Positions 1 through 12,600 of a stretch of DNA of 64,000 bases are shown here, piece by piece; position 1 is the first letter of the stretch, and each line of letters starts with the position of its first letter. The stretch comes from Tubiluchus corallicola (taxonomy: Eukaryota; Animalia; Priapulida): positions 1 through 64,000 of the forward strand of contig JAQGDQ010000309.1 in assembly GCA_030141605.1 (NCBI GenBank), given 5' to 3'. A model generated the notes under the pieces. That model was not told the origin of the DNA. It ran no database searches and worked only from the letters and a program-made list of their open reading frames with translations. The translations under genes were made by a program, and so were the position numbers.

Positions 1-585
1 ACATCATTATCATTATTTTGATCATTATCGTCATCATCATTATCATCATCATCAGCAGCAGCATCAGCATCATTATCGTCATCATCATCATTATCATTAT
101 TGTGATCATTATCGTCATCATCATTATTATCATCATCAGCAGCAGCATCAGCATCATCATTATCATTATTGTGATAATTATCGTCATCATCATTATTATC
201 ATCATCATCATCAGCATCAACATCATCATCATTATCATTATTTTGATCATTATCGTCATCATCATTATCATCATCATCATCAGCGGCATCAGCATCATTA
301 TCATCATCATCATCATTATCATTATTGTGATAGTTATCGTCATCATCATTATTATCATCATCATCATCAGCATCAACATCATCATCATTATCATTATTTT
401 GATCATTATCGTCATCATCATTATCATCATCATCATCAGCGGCATCAGCATCATTATCATCATCATCATCATTATCATTATTGTGATAGTTATCGTCATC
501 ATCATTATTATCATCAGCAGCATCAGTATCAGCATCATCATTATCATTATTATCATTATCATTATTATTACTGTTATTATTACTT
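1..585. repeat. (ATC/ATT)n microsatellite
   Basis: Direct inspection. Confidence 0.97.
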
Positions 586-587
586 AC

Positions 588-684
588 AAGTGCTCTTCGT
601 GCCCATTTGTGTGCCCTTCTACAGTGCAACAATAAAACCCGAGGTCAGTGGCAACGGTGATTCCAACAATAAGAGCTGGTAAAC
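588..684 (-). CDS. aGPCR exon 8 (TM4, ECL2)
   Basis: ttttag|GT; GLPALIVGITV; TT|GTAAGT. Confidence 0.9.
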
Positions 685-3600
685 CTAAAACCAAAGTAAC
701 ATTAGTTGTCAAGAAGCTGGACTTGGTGTGTCTTGTGCGATAAGGTAAAAAACTGATTTGAATCAAAATTAGCAAGAGTGCGCGCGCTGCCTTTGTCTAA
801 AGTGAACGGAAGTGGTGCCGACAAGCCACTGGCGTAGCAGTGTCTAGTTTTTTTGCTGGATTACTGCTGCGTTTACCTGTCTGAAGGCAGATTTCTTTTA
901 TTTTAGAATTCTGCCTGCCCAATGTCTACAACAGACGTGACGGGAGTATGATGATGATGATGATGAGAATTTAATAAGCTATGGATAATGAAAGTTCAGC
1001 AGCAGAAGGAAAGTGACGCTTTTTAAAGACGTCTATATAGGAAACTAATCGGTATAGAATGGCCTGTCAGACTATCCAATGATGATCTGTATAATGTGGT
1101 CAAAAAGCATTCTTGGAGTAAACAAATAAAAGTAAGAACATTGCATTGGATTGGGCATACACTAAGATACACTTCAAGAGTCTCCTCGTTCCTATAGCAT
1201 TACGTAAAGCTCTTGTAAAGACAAGAAAGCCTAAAGCAGGTTAGTTAGTTACAGTTAGCTAGTTATATGTAGAAATATGTAGTTCTAAAGCCAAAAGGAT
1301 TTTACAAATACCACTCCAGATTTGAGAGATTATGCATCGTGGGTGGTGGCAGCGGACAGGAATGCATTGCATCAACAGGTGGAACGTGCATCGTGGGTGG
1401 TGGCAGTGGACAGGAATACCTGGCATCAACAGGTGGAACGTGCATCGTGGGCAGTGGCAGTGGACAGGAATGCGTTGCATCAACAGGTGGGATGTGCATC
1501 GTGGGCAGTGGACAGGAATGCGTTGCATCAACAGGTGGAACGTGCATCATGGGCAGTGGCAGCGGACAGGAATGCCTGGCATCAACAGGTGGGACGTGCA
1601 TCGTGGTCAGTGGACAGGAATGCCTGGCATCAACAGGTGGAACGTGCATCGTGGTCAGTGGACAGGAATGCCTGGCATCAACAGGTGGAACGTGCATCGT
1701 GGGCAGTGGACAGGAATGCCTGGCATCAACAGGTGGAACATGCATCGTGGTCAGTGGACAGGAATGCCTGGCATCAACAGGTGGAACGTGCATCGTGGGC
1801 AGTGGCAGTGGACAGGAATGTGTGGCATCAACAGGTGGAACGTGCATCGTGGACAGTGGCAGCGGACAGGAATGCCTGGCATCAACAGGTGGAACGTGCA
1901 TCGTGGGCAGTGGCAGTGGACAGGAATGCGTAGCATCAACAGGTGGAACGTGCATCATGGGCATTGGCAGTGGACACGAATGTGTGGCATCAACAGGTGG
2001 AACGTGCACCGTGGACAGGAATACCTGGCATCAACAGGTGGGACGTGCATCGTGGGTGGTGGCAGTGGACAGGAATGCGTTGCATCAACAGCTGGGACGT
2101 GCATCGTGGGTGGTGGCAGCAGACAGGAATGCGTGGGATCAACAGGTGGGACGTGCATCGTGGGCAGTGGACAGGAATGCGTGGCATCAACAGGTGGGAT
2201 GTGCATCGTGGGCAGTGGCAGTGGACAGGAATGCCTGGCATCAACAGGTGGAACGTGCATCGTGGGCAGTGGCAGTGGACAGGAATGCCTGGCATCAACA
2301 GGTGGAACGTGCATCGTGGGCAGTGGCAGTGGACAGGAATGCCTGGCATCAACAGGTGGAACGTGCATCGTGGGCAGTGGCAGTGGCAGTGGACAGGAAT
2401 GCCTGGCATCAACAGGTGGAACGTGCATCGTGGTCAGTGGACAGGAATGCCTGGCATCAACAGGTGGAACGTGCATCGTGGGCAGTGGCAGTGGACAGGA
2501 ATGCCTGGCATCAACAGGTGGAACGTGCATCGTGGGCAGTGGCAGTGGACAGGAATGCCTGGCATCAACAGGTGGAACGTGCATCGTGGGCAGTGGCAGT
2601 GGACAGGAATGCCTGGCATCAACAGGTGGAACGTGCATCTGTGCAGTGGACAGAATGTGTGGCATCAACAGGTGGAACGTGCTCCGTGGACAGGAATGCC
2701 TGGCATCAACAGGTGGAACGTGCATCGTGGGTGGTGGCAGTGGACAGGAATGCCTGGCATCAACAGGTGGAACGTGCATCGTGGGTGGTGGCAGTGGACA
2801 GGAATGCGTGGGATCAACAGGTGGGACGTGCATCGTGGGCAGTGGACAGGAATGCGTGGCATCAACAGGTGGGATGTGCATCGTGGGCAGTGGCAGTGGA
2901 CAGGAATGCCTGGCATCAACAGGTGGAACGTGCATCGTGGGCAGTGGCAGTGGACAGGAATGCGTGGCATCAACAGGTGGAACGTGCATCGTGGGCAGTG
3001 GACAGGAATGCCTGGCATCAACAGGTGGAACGTGCATCGTGGGCAGTGGACAGGAATGCCTGGCATCAACAGGTGAAACGTGCATCGTGGGCAGTGGCAT
3101 TGGCAGTGGACAGGAATGCCTAGCATCAACAGGTGAAACGTGCACCGTGGACAGGAATACCTGGCATCAACAGGTGGGACGTGCATCGTGGGTGGTGGCA
3201 GTGGACAGGAATGCCTGGCATCAACAGGTGGGACGTGCATCGTGGGCAGTGGCAGTGGACAGGAATGTGCATCATGGGCAGTGGCAGTGGACAGGAATGC
3301 CTGGCATCAACAGGTGGAACGTGCATCGTGGGCAGTGGCAGTGGACAGGAATGCCTGGCATCAACAGGTGGAACGTGCATCGTGGGCAGTGGCAGTGGAC
3401 AGGAATACCTGGCATCAACAGGTGGGACGTGCATCGTGGGTGGTGGCAGTGGACAGGAATGCCTGGTATCAACAGGTGGAACGTGCACCGTGGGCAGTGG
3501 CAGTGGACAGGAATGTGTGGCATCAACAGGTGGAACGTGCATCGTGGACAGTGGCAGCGGATAGGAATGCCTGGCATCAACAGGTGGAACGTGCATCGTG

Positions 3601-6600
3601 GGCAGTGGCAGTGGACAGGAATGCGTAGCATCAACAGGTGGAACGTGCATCATGGGCATTGGCAGTGGACACGAATGTGTGGCATCAACAGGTGGAACGT
3701 GCACCGTGGACAGGAATACCTGGCATCAACAGGTGGGACGTGCATCGTGGGTGGTGGCAGTGGACAGGAATGCGTTGCATCAACAGCTGGGACGTGCATC
3801 GTGGGTGGTGGCAGCAGACAGGAATGCGTGGGATCAACAGTGGGATCAACAGGAATGCGTGGCATCAACAGGTGGGATGTGCATCGTGGGTGGTGGCAGT
3901 GGACAGGAATGCGTGGCATCAACAGGTGGGACGTGCATCGTGGGCATTGGCAGTGGACAGGAATGTGTGGCATCAACAGGTGGAACGTGCATCATGGGCA
4001 GTGGACAGGAATACCTGGCATCAACAGGTGGAACGTGCATCGTGGGCAGTGGACAGGAATGCCTGGCATCAACAGGTGGGACGTGCATCGTGGGCAGTGG
4101 ACAGGAATACCTGGCATCAACAGGGGGGACGTGCATCGTGGGCAGTGGACAGGAATGCCTGGCATCAACAGGTGGGACGTGCATCATGGGCAGTGGACAG
4201 GAATGCCTGGCATCAACAGGTGGGACGTGCATCGTGGGCAGTGGACAGGAATACCTGGCATCAACAGGGGGGACGTGCATCGTGGGCAGTGGCAGTGGAC
4301 AGGAATGCGTGGCATCAACAGGTGGGACGTGCATCGTGGGCAGTGGACAGGAATGCCTGGCATCAACAGGTGGAACGTGCATCGTGGGCAGTGGACAGGA
4401 ATACCTGGCATCAACAGGGGGGACGTGCATCGTGGGCAGTGGCAGTGGACAGGAATGCGTGGCATCAACAGGTGGGACGTGCATCGTGGGCAGTGGGCAG
4501 GAATGCCTGGCATCAACAGGGGGGACGTGCATCGTGGGCAGTGGCAGTGGACAGGAATGCGTGGCATCAACAGGTGGGACGTGCATCGTGGGCAGTGGAC
4601 AGGAATGCCTGGCATCAACAGCTGGGACGTGCATCGTGGGTGGTGGCAGCAGACAGGAATACCTGGCATCAACAGGTGGGACGTGCATCGTGGGCAGTGA
4701 CAGTGGACAGGAATGTGCATCATGGGCAGTGGCAGTGGACAGGAATGCCTGGCATCAACAGGTGGGACGTGCATCGTGGGCAGTGGCAGTGGGCAGGAAT
4801 GTGCATCATGGGCAGTGGCAGTGGGCAGGAATGCATGGCATCAACAGGTGGGACATGTATCGTGGGCAGTGGCAGTGGACAGGAATGCATGGCATCAACA
4901 GGTGGGACGTGCATCGTGGGCAGTGGACAGGAATGCATGGCATCAACAGGTGGGACATGTATCGTGGGTAGTGGCAGTATTAAAATACGATAACCATAAA
5001 TTGACTTACACTTGTAGTTAATAACACATAATAACACATTCTTACCATAAGTGAAGAGCAGACGCTTTAGCAGAAAGAAAGATTCGTATTCGGTAAAGAT
5101 TTCAACAATCATCATGTACATATTAAGAGCTTCTACACTCATCCACAGTAGGGTTGTCAGGAGGAAGTAATGCGCGAGAACTCCCACAGCGCAACACGTC
5201 CAAGATTCTTGATGAACCTCAACCTCCTTCATAGCTGCCTTATCATCCTTTTCTCCAACAAGGAGAAACACAACGTTCATGATCAGCATGGAAATGCACA
5301 GGTTGAGCAAGATTTTTCCAGAAAAGAGCCTTCTCAGGTGCCTACAGTGAAACAACTTGTGAATCAACGGCTTTTTTCGTCATTGAAATAATACTTTAAA
5401 CAATACTAAGACCATGATGGTAAAGTTTCAGCAGTAAATTTATTGCACAGTGCACAGGTATAAGCAGTCGTGTTCATGCTAAATTGAAAGACAGAGAACT
5501 TTTCAGCAAAGCTCTTCAGTGTCTACCTCTGCAGTTACATCAAAATATCAGATAAAAGCGCAAAACTAAAATTGTTGCTGAAAACAGTTAAAATTAGTAT
5601 TAAATTCAGTAACTAAAACAAAGACATTAAATTGGTAACATGTTTTTTAATCTTGATATAATTGCAAAAGTAGACATTGAAAAGTCTTGTCTTTCAATTT
5701 AGTTACTGTATGACTTCACTTTGCAATAAATGCTGAAACTTTACCATCATAGTCTTAGTATCATTTAAAGTGGCTTTCAAAGACTATAGACAGATATTGA
5801 AAGCATTTTGTTTCTAAAAAGAGGCATTTTAATAATGTTCTCACTTGTAGAATGAGAAACACTAGTTCAAAAATGATATCCAAAATGATATTGATGTATG
5901 AATCAAAAATATAACCCGAACAATTCTAAATCTTTAATTAAATTACTGAGTAAATTACTTTATGGTAGTCTTACTTGAGAAAAATTATCAGTGTCTTACT
6001 TGAAAGCAGTGTACGTGATGATGGTAAGAACAAGACCAAGGATAGAAAGAGTGCATCCGATAATGGTGATGATTTTCAATGCTAAAGCACTGGGAGAATC
6101 AGAAGGTACCCTTGCCTGAAATTCATGTAAAAAACTGTGTTGGTTTGTTGTGTAAATATTCTTAAAGACTGTTTCTATAAAAATATTTTTTCTGAAAATG
6201 ATAATATACAACAAAGCTTTTTATACATGGTCTTCTGTGTGGCCACAAGCCAATAATAGCTGAGAAGATCCAATTATAAAAAAACTATTTGTTGCCATGC
6301 TTGTTGTTTTAGCTCGTAGTTAAAGGCCTGTATAGGTTCAACGCCGACATTGAAGTTTTGTTTAACGCATTTTCACGAATACACAAAGAATTCATAGTTA
6401 TCATTAAACAAACGAAACTTATAAATTAAATAACTTGCGTTTTTCTGACTAATTTTGAACGCGTGATTTGTCGTAAGGATCACCATGTTTCATGCCTTTG
6501 GCGCGTGTGAACGAAAATGGCGTACGTAGTACAGAAAGCGTCTTTGGTTACCGTCCGTCTTTGAGCGAAAATCAAAAGAAACAAATTTTACAGTAAGTTT

Positions 6601-9600
6601 ATAACAAAACAAATTGAATATTCATGAGAATAGAATTTTTCTAATTAATGTAAAAGCTTACATTATAATGAGCTTTTTGTTTGACTTTAAATGATAAGTT
6701 GGCATCAAGGCTGTCTTTCTTGTTGTCGTTTCCACTATCTAAGGATGTTTTTATTACTGCCCACATTAAAAACTGGGAATACGTTTAAAAAATAATTTTA
6801 CACATCCCTAATTGTCAGAACTGTATCCTGAAGTATTTAGGTGTTTCATTGCAAGTGAGTGAAAATCTGTCAACATGCCTAATATTTTTTAACAATCATG
6901 CCCTTTTAGGAAAATCATTGCTACAAGTAGTATTCAGGCAAGTCTAACGAAAATGCGTCAAGTTTGGAATAATACATTATTAATACATAAGTACATATTT
7001 TCACAAGTTTGGAATAATACATAAGTTAAGCACTATAACGCTTTCCACAGAGAAGTAAGATTTATGAAAGTAAAATTTATACTTTGTATATTAATGCTTT
7101 GCATTACACTTTTAAAATTTATTTGAAGTAACTCCAGAACAAGTTTTTAGAAACTTCCCGGCTGTCTGTTAGTTAGTAACAAATATTTTGTTGAATAAGC
7201 CTTTCCATAGTTTCGTTGTGTGTACGCTTACTTGCTGTAGGGCACAGGTTAAGTGTACCACAGCAACGCGTCTTAACTACAACCATAACGTGGCGTGTGG
7301 GTAAAGCAAAGCCGCCTCCCGCATCATTTTAGTAACTTCAGTTGTCTTTCGTGGACTTTACTTAATTATGCATTAGTCTGTACGTAAAGTGATCTACTAG
7401 CAGGATCTTACTTGGGAACTACAAAAATGGACTAGAAAATGTTCTAGCTACCTGTTAAAACTTGTTAAAACTGTTACTATTACAAAAGCATGTGTGCGAG
7501 GCGTTGCCAAGTGTACACAAATGCGTTGTCTGCTACATTTAACCTTTGACCTTTTCACGATCCTTTATTTACTGATTATTTTTGTTTGAATGCTGAGATA
7601 CATAATTACGGCACACGTTATAGGCTGCACTATCACTACATACAGTGCAACACTAATGTTAGAAAATTTTCTATTAAATACAATGGCTGTTACATATGGA
7701 ATTCAATTGCTCCAGCTATTAAAAATGCCAACTCGCTTTCCATATTTAAAAAAAATATATAAATTAAACTTACTTGAAACATATAACTGATGACTCAATC
7801 ATGATTTGTTGTTTTTCATTTTCAAAAACTTGTATAGTATAATAATATTTTGATTACTTCCCACCGGTATTTATATTTGTATATATTGTAATATTGTATC
7901 TGTATATATTGTAATTTGTTTCGTAACTAATTCTAGTGGCCTACCATAAGCTAGCTTCTTAGGTCTCTAGCGCAGTATTCATGAATTGTATCATATTTTT
8001 GTATTAACAAAAACTGATTATCGTGCACATGTAATGTATATGTTTATTGCGAAATAAATCTATTAAAATCTAAAAATTAATCGCTGGAGCTATGATAAGG
8101 CTTATTCAGTATTAATAAATACATTTAAAAAATAAAAAAATGGAAGATAAAAATACATACAAAGACATTTCCAAAGCTGCTCAAGTGTGTAGACATGCAT
8201 GTTGTTCTGTTAGCATCATCCGATTTGTTTTTCTCCACGTATTTAGTTGACCACTTTGCTTCTAAAATGTTAAGCAGATAAACCAAATGCAACAACAGTT
8301 AATGACTCTCTGTGTTAGTGGTTCCCAAACCGCGGATCATGACCACCAGGGGCGCATCAAGACATTACGACGTCCTAGACTCATAGGTTTGTCCCGTCTG
8401 TCTCTATTGGTTGTTTATGTACTGATGAGGTCAAATAATTACTTGTGGTGTGTTAGAAAAACTATTAACCTAATTTCCAAGTGGTCATCATTAATTAGTT
8501 ACATGCATTTGCATAGTGCTTTTATTTAAGTAGGCCGTTCAACTGCTTGTTTTGTACTACCTTTTACCCGTTCGTTGTGTGGCACTTAAAAAGTGGGCTC
8601 ATTAGCTGCACGTGGCGTGTTATACAATGCACCCTCTACATTAATATGAAACTATACGCATTTTCCGAAGGGAGTAAGAATTTTTTCTGAAATGCGACCC
8701 CCTCAAGCTTTGGCGCCTTAGGCTATAGACAAGTTAGCCTATTGGCTAATATGCCGATGCATGAGCCCCAACAGAGTCTTGAGACTTTTTCTGGGGGTCA
8801 TAGAGGTCGAACTGTAAGTACATTCAGCTCGCCTGAACGGGGCTCAAGCGCATGCGCAGACCGCTAGTGCATTGTCGGTGCATCAGCCATTGTTGTTTAT
8901 CGTTTCGAACGAAATCTCTCGCTGTCTTTAAAACAGGTATAATGATAGTGGCATGTCCCTCAGCGCTATTCGAAGTTACGCACGAATGACAAGATAGTCT
9001 GATAGTTTATGAACACGTGTGAATTTCAACTTTATGCCACTGGACTATGTATGAAAGTGTTTCGTGACTTATTAATAAAAGAAAGTTTATCTATGTACCC
9101 TAATAAGCTCTCTCTCTCAATGTACAACGCAGTTTAATTCCTTTAACTTTATTTTCAAACACTTAGCTATTTGTTACTGTATCAATTTCTTTTGTTCGTG
9201 TCTGCTTATTCCTTACCTATTTGGCTTTTGTAAATACATAATTAGTGCTTAAGTTACTGGATGAATTTCTTTACTGGTCTGATTATTCATTACCTATTAC
9301 GCTTCTGTTAACTACTTAATTAGTGCATAATAGGCTCTGTCTAAAACTGGTTTATGTTTGTAGTTTACCACTGATGATGACAACAGCAGTTAGTCGAAGG
9401 TCTCGTCATGATTTTAACTTTCAACTTTTTAATGTAAATTTTTTTAATAAAGTTGTGTTGTTTTTATCTATAAGTGTTTCTGTGTGCCTCTAATGAAATT
9501 GGCTTGGTTCTTCCATATGTATTTTAATCCGTCTCGTTTATTATCGTGCCTCTTTTATTGTTATATGCAGTTAACCTTTATTATGTGTATTATGGTTACT

Positions 9601-12600
9601 TTAATAAAAAAAAATAAATAATACACAGAGATGAACAGATGGTTCAAGATTTGACAAACTATTTGATGATATTATCCTACAAACCTGTTTCATTCCAAAA
9701 ACTACACAACAGTTCTTTCACATTGGGCGGATTCACCAGTGTGTATACCACAGGATCAGTAAGATTATCAGTTTCATTTTCACCAACTTTTATGGTAAGA
9801 ACTTGTGCATTTATTGAGAATATATAGTCTGCTTTGTCGGTCTGTGAACCGAAGAATTTTGCATTTTCATAGACAACGAATCCAACGCGTACAGTTTCTG
9901 CATCTGTTCCATTATTAAATGCTGCTCGTTTTATAGCTTCATTTGGTATGTGAGCAACAACCTAAATAAAGAGTTAACACATATAGTATAATAATATAAC
10001 ATTTGCTTCTATCACCATAACATCTAAACATTATTGAAATCGCCTGGCCGACATTTTATTCCACACAACATTAACGACCTAGCAGGATTAATTGGAAAAT
10101 CCCACATAACTATATACTGCTTGCTATAACTGTGTGGAATTCTCATAATCTGTTGTGTTGATTATCATTACTCCCCATTTTCAGTCTCAAAAACGGCTCT
10201 CTTGAAACAGTAACAAAGTTACAAGGAAACGGCGTCTCAGATGTGGGAGCATTGATCCTCCCTAGAACATTGTTACTTTCATGTAATTGTAAATATTGTT
10301 ATTGATTAACACATTCAGGAACAAAATGAGATAAGTCTTTCTATAGAATCATTTTCATATTAGTTAATATAATAAATCTCATTATTATACAGTACTTGTG
10401 TATTACTGCATATTATTTTATGTATTATTATTGTCAAAAGTCAGTATATTTTTCTTTATTCAATAAACCTAAAACTGGTGAAGTTGAACTAAAATCAAAA
10501 TGCATTTTAATTCTTGTTGTTGATTCTCAATAAACCTAAAAGGGATGAAGTTGAACTCAAAAACAAAATGCATTTAATTCTTGTTGCTGATTCTCAATAA
10601 ACCTAAAAGGGATGAAGTTGAACTGAAAATCAAAACGCATTTTAATTCTTGTTGTTGATTCTCAATAAACCTAAAAGGGATGAAGTTGAACTGAAAATCA
10701 AAATGCATTTTAATTCTTGTTGTTGATTCTCAATAAACCTAAAAGGGATGAAGTTGAACTCAAAAACAAAATGCATTTAATTTTTGTTGTTGATTCTCAA
10801 TAAACCTAAAAGGGATGAAGTTGAACTCAAAAACAAAATGCATTTAATTCTTGTTGTTGATTCTCAATAAACCTAAAAGGGATGAAGTTGAACTCAAAAA
10901 CAAAATGCATTTAATTCTTGTTGTTGATTCTCAATAAACCTAAAAGGGATGAAGTTGAACTCAAAAACAAAATGCATTTAATTCTTGTTGTTGATTCTCA
11001 ATAAACCTAAAAGGGATGAAGTTGAACTCAAAAACAAAATGCATTTAATTCTTGTTGTTCATTCTCAATAAACCTAAAAGGGATGAAGTTGAACTCAAAA
11101 TCAAAATGCATTTTAATTCTTGTTGTTGATTCTCAATAAACCTAAAAGGGATGAAGTTGAACTCAAAAACAAAATGCATTTAATTTTTGTTGTTGATTCT
11201 CAATAAACCTAAAAGGGATGAAGTTGAACTCAAAAACAAAATGCATTTAATTCTTGTTGTTCATTCTCAATAAACCTAAAAGGGATGAAGTTGAACTCAA
11301 AATCAAAATGCATTTTAATTCTTGTTGTTGATTCTCAATAAACATAAAAGGGATGAAGTTGAACTCAAAATCAAAATGCATTTTAATTCTTGTTGTTGAT
11401 TCTCAATAAACATAAAAGGGATGAAGTTGAACTCAAAATCAAAATGCATTTTAATTCTTGTTGTTGATTCTCAATAAACATAAAAGGGATGAAGTTGAAC
11501 TCAAAATCAAAATGCATTTTAATTCTTGTTGTTGATTCTCAATAAACATAAAAGGGATGAAGTTGAACTCAAAATCAAAATGCATTTTAATTCTTGTTGT
11601 TGATTCTCAATAAACATAAAAGGGATGAAGTTGAACTCAAAATCAAAATGCATTTTAATTCTTGTTGTTGATTCTCAATAAACATAAAAGGGATGAAGTT
11701 GAACTCAAAATCAAAATGCATTTTAATTCTTGTTGTTGATTCTCAATAAACATAAAAGGGATGAAGTTGAACTCAAAATCAAAATGCATTTAATTCTTGT
11801 TTTTGATTCTCAATAAACCTAAAAGGGGTGAAGTTGAAATCAAAATCAAAATGCATTTTAATTCTTGTTGTTGATTCTCAATAAACCTAAAAGGGATGAA
11901 GTTGAACTCAAAATCAAAATGCATTTTAATTCTTGCTGTTGATTCTCAATAAACCTAAATGGGATGATTGCCATCAAATTCAGATGACTGTGACATAAAT
12001 CTTTGTCTCGCTTTGGGAGTAAAATGCAAAAAATATGGAACTGATTCATAAGGAAAACGCCATATGATGACGTCATACCTGTCTACAAAGTATTACCTGC
12101 TTTTTGCAGTTACTTGCGTCGCCGTCACTACAGTTACCGTTGGAGGAGAAGGTGACGTCGCCTTCAGCTTCAGTAACCAGCCGTATCTGTAATTCAATGT
12201 TTTCTAATTCTATGTTAAGTGATGTCTCGTTGGGTGGAATTCTCATCTGAGTTACTAGCGTGTCAACATTAGTGCGAATTCTGAAAAGAGATTATTGGCT
12301 CAATTGAAATACAGCAAAATGTACATTGAAAACCGGTGAGCATGTTTATTACCTTTGATTTTGGGAGATTCTCCATTTATTCATTTATTTATAATTAATT
12401 AGTTCATTTATTTATTTATTTATTTATTTATTTATTACTGTTTCTCTTGTGGCTTTTGTTTCCTTTATAAAACACAGAAACTTTAAAAAGTTGTAAAATG
12501 AAACTTCGCCAGTTTATAGCACCGGCTGCAAACGACTTTCGCTGGGAATTGTGATGGAAGGCTTAAGGTCAAAGGTCATTTTTCTCAAAAGATTTGGAAC

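Noticed and set aside
18-635. Poly-Ile ORF and the similar poly-Leu/Asn/Tyr/SQSV/HT/RE ORFs at 20, 24, 31, 32, 45.5 and 52 kb
   Set aside because: Translations of microsatellites.
1259-5021. Long ORFs (up to 1122 aa) in several frames
   Set aside because: They arise from a stop-poor 48/54-bp minisatellite, appear on both strands, switch frame internally and lie in an aGPCR intron.
10458-11968. CRISPR-like regular array (also 22461-22876 and 47372-47624)
   Set aside because: Head-to-tail tandem units with no unique spacers, no cas genes and a eukaryotic context.
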